A stretch of 64,000 nucleotides of DNA, taken from Pseudomonadota bacterium. GTDB taxonomy: Bacteria; Pseudomonadota; Alphaproteobacteria; Paracaedibacterales; CAIOTO01. The notes beneath the pieces are model-generated. The model worked only from the letters and a program-made list of their open reading frames with translations. It was not told the DNA's origin and did no database searches. This document shows positions 1-9,352 of the stretch, piece after piece. The stretch lies in the NCBI GenBank assembly GCA_040387495.1, contig JAZKDQ010000001.1, positions 186,001 through 250,000 of the forward strand. The letters are read 5' to 3'. The position numbers and the translations under genes were made by a program. Position 1 is the first letter of the stretch; each line of letters begins with the position of its first letter.

Positions 1-3
1 TCA

Positions 4-786
4 ATGAAGAATTTTATATTATTTTTGGTTTTTAAAATATCTACTAATGTTTATGCTCATCAACTTGAAGAGAATAAACCAACCAAGCAGAATACCGCAG
101 TGCTTTGCATGGACATGATAAATAGTTTTTTCCAGCGTGAAGAGGGAGATTTAATCAATTCTGGCAAAGATGAATTTCCAGTGAACGACGCAAATAATAA
201 TTTTGTTTCTTGTGTGAATAGTGTATTAACTCAATTTTATTCTAACAACATTGTGTATGTATATGATTGCTATCCTGAAAATCACTTAACGGATGTTGTT
301 AACTACCCCGGCTTTAATGCATTTGATATAATTCCTTTTACAGTTGCTGGGTGTCAGGTACAAAATATGTGGCCAAAGCATGCTAAACCAGGGAGTTTAG
401 GAGCCAATTTTCATCAGAATTTATCATTTTTAAGTAGTAATAAGCTTTTGAAAGCTACTGATGTAGAAACAGATTCTTTTACGGCCTTTATGGATAAGGA
501 TAGAAAGGGAGTTCCTGCATTTGAAAATGGACACACTTTGGAAGATTTCCTGAAGCAGAAAAACATTAAGCATGTGGTGCTTGTGGGGGTAGATCCTAAA
601 CATTGTATTTTTGGTAGTGGATGGCACGCGGCTCAATTGGGTTTTAAGGCATATGTGGTTAATGATGCAATTCGCACTGGGAATATGCATTCCCTAATAA
701 GACCTTTTGAAGAGGAGGGTGGAGAAGTTATTCAACGTAATGACCTTTCCAATTATTTTCCATGGGTATCTGCAGCAGCCAGTTGA
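4..786 (+). CDS. Isochorismatase/nicotinamidase-like cysteine hydrolase with a possible signal peptide
   Basis: PncA-like motifs: LCMDMINSF (catalytic Asp), WPKHAKPGSLGANFH, LKATDVETDSFTAF (catalytic Lys), VGVDPKHCI (catalytic Cys), AAQLGFKAYVVNDA; hydrophobic N-terminus ending VYA. Confidence 0.75.
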   Translation: MKNFILFLVFKISTNVYAHQLEENKPTKQNTAVLCMDMINSFFQREEGDLINSGKDEFPVNDANNNFVSCVNSVLTQFYSNNIVYVYDCYPENHLTDVVNYPGFNAFDIIPFTVAGCQVQNMWPKHAKPGSLGANFHQNLSFLSSNKLLKATDVETDSFTAFMDKDRKGVPAFENGHTLEDFLKQKNIKHVVLVGVDPKHCIFGSGWHAAQLGFKAYVVNDAIRTGNMHSLIRPFEEEGGEVIQRNDLSNYFPWVSAAAS

Positions 787-1001
787 TTGCTTTAAATCGA
801 GGAGCTTGTTTTTTTATTGGAAAGTAAGGCTGTGAATCTTAATTTCCAATCTGTCATTTTAAAGTCATAGGGAATATTTTTATGCAAAGTGTTTTGTTGA
901 GTAGGAGTAGGCTATGCAAAACACCTAACATTTCCATTTCTCCCTTTCAAATCCCAACACAATCCTCCATAATTAAATAAAATTTATGAAAAATAGTCAT
1001 T

Positions 1002-2819
1002 ATGTCTGCAGAAACACGTGATCGGTTTATAACGTACTACACAAATGAAATGACGTATCTACGTCATGCCGGCCATGCTTTTTCGCAAACACATCCTAAA
1101 ATCGCACGGCGCCTAGAATTATCAGACAAAGAATCACCTGACCCACACACAGAACGCTTACTTGAATCCTTTGCATTCTTAACAGCACGTCTGGCACAAG
1201 AAATTGACAATCGATTTCCAGAATCTGCAGGCGCCTTGTTGCAGGTGCTCTACCCGCATCTTGTGAATCCTATCCCATCGATGAGCGTTGCGCATTTCGA
1301 GACAGACCCAACAAAAGGGAAAATCACGAAAAGTCATACTATTGATAAAGGTGCATCGTTATTTTGTTATGCAAGCGATGATGTCGTTTGTAAATTTAGA
1401 ACTACTTATCCGGTAACATTGTTACCTGTAGAGCTTTCTGACGCTGATTTAGTGCAACGAACACATGACTCAAATGTACACCATGCTTGGCATTTAAGGC
1501 TGACACTTAATACTTTTGGCGGCACTGCTATGGCCGATGTTGAGCTTGATCACCTTATATTTCATATATCCGCTAATCGCCAGCTCGCTTATTCTATTTA
1601 TGAATGCTTATTTTCACAGAAACAGATTCGTCTTTTTGTGCGCACAAAAGATGGAGAGCAGACACTTGAATTACCCAAAGATTCTATTGTACCTATGGGA
1701 TTTGGCTCAGATGAAATGATGCTGCCCACGCCGCCGCATGGCACAAATGCTTTTTTGTTGCTGCAAGAATTCTTTCATCTTCCGGAAAAATTCATGTTTT
1801 TCAAAGTATTAAATTTGGATAAAATCAAGGATTCTTTTTCTTTAGAATCAGACTCGCTTGAACTATACATATCCCTCGGTGAAATTGGTAGTTTGCTCGA
1901 TCATAAAATAACAAAGGACAATTTTTTACTTGGTTGCACACCAATTGTGAACTTGTTTAAGAAAACAACCGACCCATTACGGCTTGATCGACGTAAAATT
2001 AAATATCGTCTTATACCGGATCAAAGGCGTGATAATACGCTCGAAATTTATAGTATTGAATCCGTTATGTCTGCCATTGAATCGACGAATCAGGTGCAAA
2101 CATTTGCGCCATACTTTTCACTTCAGCACCACAATGACAATAATCAAATTTTCTGGCATACCAGGCGTATCGCTTCTGAAATTCGAGGCGTGCCGGGTTC
2201 TGACGTCATGATTTCTTTTGTGGATTTGGGATTCAATCCTGCTTTGCCTCCACGTCACATTGTCTATGCAAATACACTGTGTACGAATCGCTATTTAGCA
2301 GAACAAATCCCAAGCCAAGCTGAATTTCAGCTTGAAGAGGCCGCTCCATCTTCACGCATAACATGTCTTAGCAAGCCAACTCCACAAAGTTACGCCCCCA
2401 TCGATGGCGATTCACTGTGGCGTATGATTTCAATGCTATCCACCAATCATTTAACGCTCATGGGTTCGCAATCCTCATTAGATACTCTAAAAGAACGTCT
2501 TTTCTTGCATGTAGGTGCACAGCAAAAGGACCGGCTTATGGATATCAACAGTATTGAAAAAATTAGCCAAGAACCCATCGTGCGCCGAATTGGCAATGAA
2601 GCATGGCGAGGATTTGTAAAAGGCGTTGAAGTAAGCATTCACGTAAACACAAGCCCCCACAAAGGAAGCAGCAGCTTTTTGCTTGCATCTGTCCTGCGGC
2701 ATTATTTTGCTATCACAGTTTCAATGAATTCATTTGTAGAAGTCGTACTTAAAAGCAATGAACGTAAAGGAGAGTGGATGCGATGGCCAGCATTACACGG
2801 CACCAAAACCCTCCTGTAA
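1002..2819 (+). CDS. tssF: Type VI secretion system baseplate subunit TssF
   Basis: YYTNEMTYLR..F...HPKIARRL, DPHTERLLESFAFLTAR, LYPHLVNPIPSMS, LLQEFFHLPEKFMF, LGCTPIVNLF, LCTNR, C-terminal WP; 605 aa. Confidence 0.95.
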   Translation: MSAETRDRFITYYTNEMTYLRHAGHAFSQTHPKIARRLELSDKESPDPHTERLLESFAFLTARLAQEIDNRFPESAGALLQVLYPHLVNPIPSMSVAHFETDPTKGKITKSHTIDKGASLFCYASDDVVCKFRTTYPVTLLPVELSDADLVQRTHDSNVHHAWHLRLTLNTFGGTAMADVELDHLIFHISANRQLAYSIYECLFSQKQIRLFVRTKDGEQTLELPKDSIVPMGFGSDEMMLPTPPHGTNAFLLLQEFFHLPEKFMFFKVLNLDKIKDSFSLESDSLELYISLGEIGSLLDHKITKDNFLLGCTPIVNLFKKTTDPLRLDRRKIKYRLIPDQRRDNTLEIYSIESVMSAIESTNQVQTFAPYFSLQHHNDNNQIFWHTRRIASEIRGVPGSDVMISFVDLGFNPALPPRHIVYANTLCTNRYLAEQIPSQAEFQLEEAAPSSRITCLSKPTPQSYAPIDGDSLWRMISMLSTNHLTLMGSQSSLDTLKERLFLHVGAQQKDRLMDINSIEKISQEPIVRRIGNEAWRGFVKGVEVSIHVNTSPHKGSSSFLLASVLRHYFAITVSMNSFVEVVLKSNERKGEWMRWPALHGTKTLL

Positions 2820-3859
2820 CGGACGCACTCAAGGACGAGCCCTTTTCTTTTGATTTTGATCAAGCCATCGTTGTGCTTGAGCATATGCATAAATCGTCTA
2901 CCCATAACGGAAAAGATACGCTCTCTCCACTTGGTGATTCATGTGATCTAACACGTGAAGCCCTTACAATCAAATCACATGTAAGTTTTTCAACACCTGC
3001 ATCTGAATTGCAAAAACTTGATTTAGATGCAAAAAAACCAACATTATGGATTAATTTTCTTGGGCTTGCTGGAGCACTAGGTCCGCTGCCTACACCATAC
3101 ACTGAAATGGTAATTGATCGCACGCGTTCTAAAGATACGAGCTTTCGTGATTTTCTTGATATTTTTAATCATCGTTTGGCCGGTATGTGGCACAGATTAC
3201 ATAAAAAAGTACATGTTGGTATTGCGCAAGTGCTACCGCAACATTCAAGTATTGGACAGTGTTTATTAAGGCTTGCTGGAATTAGTCATGAAAAGGTGAT
3301 GAATGGTACTGCTCTTAATGAAACAGCGTTATTGACCTATCAGAGTCTATTGTGGAAACAACCGCATGGAGTCATCGGATTAGAACAAATGTTACATCAC
3401 CATTTTGGAATTAACGTTGAAATACATGATTATGAAGGTGCTTGGCGTCATGCGCGTGCAGATGAAATAAGTCATATTGGTGCAATTCATGGACAATGGA
3501 ATGTGCTTGGGCAAACAGCAATTTTAGGGTCAAAATGTTGGGATCAAATGGCTGGCATTCGCATTGATATAGGCCCCTTGAAATGGGATAAATTTTGCAC
3601 CTTCTTGCCAACGTTCCACAGTGGGAAAACAAATTTATATGCTCGCTTAAAAGATATGTGTCAGCTTTACGTGGGGTTGGATTATACAATTTCAGCAAAA
3701 CTTGTACTTGATCGAAATGAGATAAAACCAACAATGTTGCAGAACCAAGTAGGCCATACGCACACGGCTTTCCATTTGGGACTTAACACGTGGCTATATA
3801 GCAGAACCCCAGCATCAGAGGATGTAGCAACACAGCTGCGATTTGGTTATGCTGGATAA
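2783..3859 (+). CDS. tssG: Type VI secretion system baseplate subunit TssG
   Basis: EPFSFDFDQA, NFLGLAGALGPLPTPYTE, FRDFLDIFNHRL, IRIDIGPL, LGLNTWL; overlaps the tssF 3' end; ATG at 2783 preferred over GTG at 2774. Confidence 0.95.
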   Translation: MASITRHQNPPVTDALKDEPFSFDFDQAIVVLEHMHKSSTHNGKDTLSPLGDSCDLTREALTIKSHVSFSTPASELQKLDLDAKKPTLWINFLGLAGALGPLPTPYTEMVIDRTRSKDTSFRDFLDIFNHRLAGMWHRLHKKVHVGIAQVLPQHSSIGQCLLRLAGISHEKVMNGTALNETALLTYQSLLWKQPHGVIGLEQMLHHHFGINVEIHDYEGAWRHARADEISHIGAIHGQWNVLGQTAILGSKCWDQMAGIRIDIGPLKWDKFCTFLPTFHSGKTNLYARLKDMCQLYVGLDYTISAKLVLDRNEIKPTMLQNQVGHTHTAFHLGLNTWLYSRTPASEDVATQLRFGYAG

Positions 3860-4129
3860 ATTAAGAATAACTAATTAGGAACACCTATAATTAACAGCAG
3901 AACTTCTTGATGAGCTTAAGAGAATTGCCGGTTTTCAGGCAGCGATCTCACTCCTCGAGCTAAGCCCATATATATAACAATGTGGAGCGCAAGACAGTTG
4001 GCACAATCCAAATTTCTTATTTAAATTTGGCAAATAATTCCCATATTAAATTTAAAAGAGTTTAGATACAGTCTATTTCATAAAGCGAACGTAATTTGTA
4101 GAACTATTTGTGCAAGAAAACAATATTAA

Positions 4130-4264
4130 CTACCAACGTCGTGACTGCGAGCCTCAAAAAGGCGCGGCAATCTATGTTTCTTTTTAAGGTATTCAACATC
4201 AATGGCAGTTGGATGTCACCTAGATCGCCACGTCGACTTTATCTCCGCGCGATGACGTTGGTAG
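4130..4264. repeat. REP/RPE-like palindromic element, family A
   Basis: Perfect 11-bp terminal inverted repeat CTACCAACGTC/GACGTTGGTAG enclosing GCGAG..GCGGCAATCT...AGATCGCCACG..CGCGATGAC; similar to 26501-26589 and 16300-16335. Confidence 0.7.
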
Positions 4265-4312
4265 CCACACACAATTATCTATTTTTCAACTTTAAAATTT
4301 AGGTGGCTCAAA

Positions 4313-5740
4313 ATGAATATTTCTTCCCTCACTCCAAAAATAGAAAAATCAGAAATTGTCGATTTTGATGAAAATCTCAAAAATTCTGTATCTAAAAAAC
4401 TTTCACCTGATTTAAAAAAATCTATAACCTTGGTGTTGATGGGTAACTTCATGGAATATTTTGACCTGATGTTAGGTGTTCACCTCTCTATTGTTTTAAA
4501 TCATGTTTTCTTACCACAAGATACAGGATATGAGCATATTTTAAGACCCATGACGTTTCTCATGCCTTTGTGTATGAGGCCTATCGCAGCATTGGTTTGG
4601 GGATATATTGGCGATGAGTACGGTAGAAAAATTGTTTTGATTACTACAATGATGTTCATGTCTATTTGTTGTATCTTTTTAACGTTTCTGCCAACTTATG
4701 CCCAATGGGGAATAACGTCTACGCTCTGTTTTTTCCTCATCCGTTCTATCCAATCCATCATGGCATCGGGGGAAAATGGATCCGCTGATGTTTATATTGC
4801 AGAAATGGTTCCGGCACCCCGCAGTTATTTTATGGCGACTATAGTGGAATGCACTTGTTCTCTTGGGGGATTATTTGCCTGTCTTGTGAGCTCATTAAGT
4901 TTGCTTATTGATCCCGTTATGGGTTGGAAGATAGCGTTTGTCGTTGGCGCAACTATTGCTGTTCTTGGCAGTTATGCACGAAAAGATCTGAAAGAAACGA
5001 CAGAATTCCTAGATTTCACGTATCAGAAAGAAAATAAGAAGAAGAAAAATGACAATAAAGAAGAACATAAAACAGATAATAATGGAGAATATATTTTTAG
5101 AAATATATTCTCTGAAGGATTGGTTTTTACTTATGTAGGCATGTTTTTTTATGTACAGTTTGCTTATTTGCCATCGATACTAGAAAAAAAATTTGGTTGG
5201 ACTACGTCAATGATTTTGATAAATAGCACCTGTCTTTTACTATTGAGTATAATATATGAATTTACTGTAGGATTAATCTCACTCAAAATTGACCCAAGAA
5301 AAATAACGAAAACTCTCTACGTCTCAGGTATTATTTGTTGTTTGTTTTTTAGCACCCAATCTTGGTTATTATCATCTGCTGCAGCAATAATTTTTCTACA
5401 AGCGTTTTTTTACATTTTTGCGGTTGGCTGCCTTCCCCTTACACCTATCCTTATTAAATCGTACCCAACTAGGCATCGTTTAAAGTGTCATATGTGGGGA
5501 TTAGCAATTTTCAAAGTCATATCTTTTGTATTAACAGCATTTGTTTGTGAGAAACTTAATAATATTAATCTCTTGTTGTTAGTCATGGCTGGAGCCGCCG
5601 GGATATCCCTAGCAGGCGTATATCTATTTAAGGCTTATGATGATGGCATGACAAAAGAGGAAAGACAAAATCACCACTTTAAATTGGACTCTATTACAGA
5701 AAATTCCTTTTTCAAATGGCAGAAAAACAGAAATCATTAG
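4313..5740 (+). CDS. MFS transporter, metabolite:H+ symporter (ProP-like) family
   Basis: GNFMEYFD, MRPIAALVWGYIGDEYGRK, RSIQSIMASGE, YIAEMVP; about 12 hydrophobic segments with a Lys/Asn-rich central loop. Confidence 0.85.
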   Translation: MNISSLTPKIEKSEIVDFDENLKNSVSKKLSPDLKKSITLVLMGNFMEYFDLMLGVHLSIVLNHVFLPQDTGYEHILRPMTFLMPLCMRPIAALVWGYIGDEYGRKIVLITTMMFMSICCIFLTFLPTYAQWGITSTLCFFLIRSIQSIMASGENGSADVYIAEMVPAPRSYFMATIVECTCSLGGLFACLVSSLSLLIDPVMGWKIAFVVGATIAVLGSYARKDLKETTEFLDFTYQKENKKKKNDNKEEHKTDNNGEYIFRNIFSEGLVFTYVGMFFYVQFAYLPSILEKKFGWTTSMILINSTCLLLLSIIYEFTVGLISLKIDPRKITKTLYVSGIICCLFFSTQSWLLSSAAAIIFLQAFFYIFAVGCLPLTPILIKSYPTRHRLKCHMWGLAIFKVISFVLTAFVCEKLNNINLLLLVMAGAAGISLAGVYLFKAYDDGMTKEERQNHHFKLDSITENSFFKWQKNRNH

Positions 5741-5758
5741 GGGTATCACAGCATGAAA

Positions 5759-6379
5759 CTATTTTTTTTCTTTGATCTTTTCCGAAAGAAGCTCAATAAA
5801 TACGCGTTTCATCTCATTCGGCGTCATATCATGGGGAATATGCTTAATAAATTTACCTTTATGATCTAACAAGTACACATAAGTGCTATGATCCACCAAA
5901 TACGCATTGCCGTGCGCTACACTTTTTGCATATACATGGTATTGGTCTTTCACACTGTCAATAGCTTTATCTGTTCCCGTTAGCATTATAAATGCTGGGT
6001 CAAAATTACTTGCATATAATTTTAGCAACTCTGCTGTGTCACGTTTTGGATCAACCGTTATAAAAATAGGGACAAATTGATCACGATCACGTTCAAGAGA
6101 CGCTAAAGCTTTACTAATATTTGACAATCCAAGTGGGCAAATATCAGGACAAAACGTATAGCCAAAATACAAAACAGTAAATTTTCCACGTACTTCATGA
6201 AGAGAAAAAGGTTTTCCTGCCGCATTTATTAACGTGAAGTCTCCTCCAAAAGGAGCCGTTTCAATCGTTTTTTTATCTACGACATACGCAAGTGGTTTTT
6301 CACGGTATTGCGATATAACAACATACGTGCATAGGGCACAAAGACAAATTCCATATAGTATCCAACGAATATTTGTCAT
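5759..6379 (-). CDS. SCO1/SenC family copper chaperone
   Basis: YFGYTFCPDICP (CxxxC), FITVDPKRD, YLVDHSTYVYLLD; N-terminal anchor. Confidence 0.93.
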   Translation of the reverse strand: MTNIRWILYGICLCALCTYVVISQYREKPLAYVVDKKTIETAPFGGDFTLINAAGKPFSLHEVRGKFTVLYFGYTFCPDICPLGLSNISKALASLERDRDQFVPIFITVDPKRDTAELLKLYASNFDPAFIMLTGTDKAIDSVKDQYHVYAKSVAHGNAYLVDHSTYVYLLDHKGKFIKHIPHDMTPNEMKRVFIELLSEKIKEKK

Positions 6380-6380
6380 T

Positions 6381-7331
6381 TTATGCTCTTTTAGTTAAAA
6401 AATTATCAGGACTAATACTTGACATATCACTCGCTGGATCAACAATTGTAAATTGAGGAAGCATTTGCATCATAGGCAAACTACATCGCTGAGATATATT
6501 AGAAACTGCAGCTAAGAATTCCTGTGGCAAGTCCATATCAGTTATAATAATTTGTACAGGACGTTTTGCAAGTGTTCTTAATTCACGAACAAAATTGTCC
6601 CAATTATCAGGCAAACCTAAAATTGGCACAGTGTGAATACGACGTCCTTTTTCCTTAGTGTTTGGCGATAAAATACCTACTGGTTGATAGGATAATGCTG
6701 GCGAATGCATGACTTCACGAATAAAAAGTTCTATTGCATCACTATTCCCTACAAGCAAAACAGGCACGGCTTGCTCAGCGAGTAAACGCTTTTTTTGTAC
6801 GGTATGACGCTCATAAACAGTACGATATATGAATCGTGGCAAACAGAGTAAGACGATATAAACAAGTGCATTCAAGAAGGGAAGAGACCGTGGCAGCGAC
6901 TCTTGTTGTGCCAATAAAATCATAAGAGGGAAATATAAAACTGACGATAAAATAACCGAAAGTGTTAAAGGCACGCAATCTTCTAAGGAAAAATATCGCC
7001 ATAAAGCACGGTGCGTTTGCATCCATATAAAAACACTTAAACTAGTGAGCATAAAAACAATCATATTTTTTAAGATATACCCAGGGGTGTAATCAAGAAA
7101 TTCATCACCAACGCGCAGATAGATAGCAATAAAAATCGATAAAAATGCAAGAAAAACATCAAATAGTAAGACAGCCTGAGGTAAAATAACCGTCCGTGGA
7201 AAGACGCCTAATAAGTTTGATTTTAGCCGAGCAAAATGATGGCCAACACCTTGAAAAAAAGCACCTGAGTCGCGAAACGCACGAATCGTCATGCGCAATC
7301 GATCGCCGATAGAAAGTTTTCGTTTTGCCAC
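6381..7331 (-). CDS. CapD/PglF-like N-terminal module (4 TM plus a Rossmann-like domain) lacking the dehydratase domain
   Basis: YLR, RALWRYFSLED, LPRS, PRFIYR, PVLLVG, YQPVGIL...GRRIHTVPILG resemble the N-terminal half of CapD-type proteins; stops at 316 aa. Confidence 0.7.
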   Translation of the reverse strand: MAKRKLSIGDRLRMTIRAFRDSGAFFQGVGHHFARLKSNLLGVFPRTVILPQAVLLFDVFLAFLSIFIAIYLRVGDEFLDYTPGYILKNMIVFMLTSLSVFIWMQTHRALWRYFSLEDCVPLTLSVILSSVLYFPLMILLAQQESLPRSLPFLNALVYIVLLCLPRFIYRTVYERHTVQKKRLLAEQAVPVLLVGNSDAIELFIREVMHSPALSYQPVGILSPNTKEKGRRIHTVPILGLPDNWDNFVRELRTLAKRPVQIIITDMDLPQEFLAAVSNISQRCSLPMMQMLPQFTIVDPASDMSSISPDNFLTKRA

Positions 7332-7511
7332 ACTCTTTTCCCTAATTATTCATATTTATCGTAGGATAGCATGTTACGTTGCTGAAATGACAACAAAATT
7401 CTATTCTTTCTTCTTTTTACATTCTTATTATCTCTTCTTCTTTAAAATCATCGTTTGATTTTAAGAAATCAAATTCTTGCATATCTCGCAAAGAACCCTT
7501 TAAGATAGTTA

Positions 7512-7526
7512 TTAAGGAATTGTTAA
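7512..7526. promoter_or_regulatory. CtrA-type box upstream of mipZ
   Basis: TTAA-ggaattg-TTAA (TTAA-N7-TTAA). Confidence 0.45.
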
Positions 7527-7559
7527 GGTTTTTAAGTGGATATGAATCAAGGTACATCA

Positions 7560-8366
7560 ATGCCCTATACTATAGTTTTAGGAAACGAAAAAGGCGGGAC
7601 TGGAAAATCAACAGCCGCGATGCACGTCATCACCAGCCTTCTTCGAAATGGACATTCGGTAGCAACAATTGACGTCGACGCGCGCCAAGGAACACTCACA
7701 CGTTATATCGAAAATCGTCGTACTAGAAAAGAAGCAACAGGTGAAGATTTGCCTATGCCAGATCATGTGCCAATTTTCAAAAGCACGCTTCCTATTGTTG
7801 AAGAAGCAGAAGACCAAGAAAAAATGCAAATGAATGACGTTATCGCAAAATTCAAAGGGTATGACTTTCTTGTGATAGACACACCCGGAAGTGATAGTTA
7901 TTTATCACGTCTTGCACATTCATATGCAGATACACTCATAACACCGCTGAACGACAGTTTTGTGGATCTCGACATGCTGGTACGCGTTCAATCGGACGAT
8001 CTAAGTATTCTTCATCCAAGCACGTATTCAGAAATGGTTTGGGATCAAAAAAAACACCGCGCAATTCGTGATGGTGGTAAGGTTGACTGGATTGTTATGC
8101 GAAATCGTTTAAGTAGCATTTACTCACGCAACAAAGAGGAAATGGAGAAAATCTTATCTGCACTTTCAAAACGCATTGGATTTCGTCTTGTATCTGGCTT
8201 TGGTGAGCGTGTTATTTTTCGTGAATTATTCTTAAGTGGCATTACGTTGCTTGATTTGAAAGAAACAAATACAGCGGTTAGTCTTTCTCACATTGCTGCT
8301 AAACAGGAACTAAAAATATTAATGGATACAATTCAATTGCCAGTGCGATTGAAACAAGCATGTTAG
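7560..8366 (+). CDS. mipZ: Division plane positioning ATPase MipZ
   Basis: GNEKGGTGKST deviant Walker A, IDTPGSDS, ADTLITPLNDSFVDLD, PSTYSEMVW, DWIVMRNRL, GFGERVIFRELF; ATG at 7560 follows AAGG (alternative starts 7536/7542). Confidence 0.93.
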   Translation: MPYTIVLGNEKGGTGKSTAAMHVITSLLRNGHSVATIDVDARQGTLTRYIENRRTRKEATGEDLPMPDHVPIFKSTLPIVEEAEDQEKMQMNDVIAKFKGYDFLVIDTPGSDSYLSRLAHSYADTLITPLNDSFVDLDMLVRVQSDDLSILHPSTYSEMVWDQKKHRAIRDGGKVDWIVMRNRLSSIYSRNKEEMEKILSALSKRIGFRLVSGFGERVIFRELFLSGITLLDLKETNTAVSLSHIAAKQELKILMDTIQLPVRLKQAC

Positions 8367-8470
8367 AAAACTCCTTTTCTCGCCCTCGGGCTTGACGCGA
8401 GGATTTTTATCGTCTTAAATGTACGCAAATCTAAGCATTAAAATCCCATAAAAAATGGGAAAAGGATATA

Positions 8471-9349
8471 ATGGTTAAAACATGTATTTTTCCAGTAGCT
8501 GGTTTGGGCAGCCGCTTTCTTCCTGCTACAAAATCCATTCCGAAAGAAATGCTTGTCGTTGTTGATAAGCCACTGATTCAATACGCGGTTGAGGAAGCAA
8601 AAGCTGCTGGTATTGAGCGGTTTATTTTTGTAACGTCACAAGGTAAAAGCGCTATTGAAGATCATTTTGATCGCTTGCAACTGTTGGAGCAAACACTTGC
8701 TAATCGGGGAAAATACGATCTGCTTGAAAAGATTGTGTCCAATAGCCTTGAACCAAGCCAAGCCGTATATGTGCGCCAACCTGCACCGTTAGGATTAGGT
8801 CATGCTATTTTATGTGCGCGTCATTTAATTGAAGAAGAATCTTTTGCTATCATTTTAGCGGACGATTTAATTTTAAGCAAAACATCCTGCTTAAAGCAAA
8901 TGACAGATGCCTATAAGCCCGAAGATGGTAATATGGTGGCCACGATGGTTGTCGAGTCAGATCATGTATCACGCTACGGCATTTTAACGATTAAGGAAGA
9001 GATTGATCGTAAAATTCGTGCATCAAATGTTGTTGAAAAGCCAGCCATTGACAAAGCACCATCACGGTCAGCCGTTATTGGACGTTATATTTTAAGACGT
9101 GGAATTCTAGACACATTAAGCAAGCAACAGCCCGGTGCCGGCGCTGAGATTCAATTGACTGATGCTATACAACGCATGTTACCTAATACACAGTTGACTG
9201 GGTATACTTACGAAGGTGAACGATTCGATTGCGGCACTAAAGAAGGTTGGCTTGAGGCAAATATTGCCTTTGCTTGCCAGGACGAAAACGTTTACGCGTA
9301 CCTCGTTCCTATGCTAAAACGATACGTAGATAATTATAATCCGAGATAA
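8471..9349 (+). CDS. galU: UTP--glucose-1-phosphate uridylyltransferase
   Basis: FPVAGLGSRFLPATKSIPKEML, LGLGHAILCA, VEKP, EIQLTDAI, RFDCG. Confidence 0.96.
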   Translation: MVKTCIFPVAGLGSRFLPATKSIPKEMLVVVDKPLIQYAVEEAKAAGIERFIFVTSQGKSAIEDHFDRLQLLEQTLANRGKYDLLEKIVSNSLEPSQAVYVRQPAPLGLGHAILCARHLIEEESFAIILADDLILSKTSCLKQMTDAYKPEDGNMVATMVVESDHVSRYGILTIKEEIDRKIRASNVVEKPAIDKAPSRSAVIGRYILRRGILDTLSKQQPGAGAEIQLTDAIQRMLPNTQLTGYTYEGERFDCGTKEGWLEANIAFACQDENVYAYLVPMLKRYVDNYNPR

Positions 9350-9352
9350 TAC

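Noticed and set aside
3876..4010. AGGAACACCTATAATTAA resembling an IS5-type terminal repeat after tssG
   Set aside because: No partner repeat or transposase fragment could be identified.
4108..4302. 64-aa ORF (and similar ORFs at 16325-16510 and 32216-32476)
   Set aside because: They run through palindromic repeat elements and have weak starts and no protein features.
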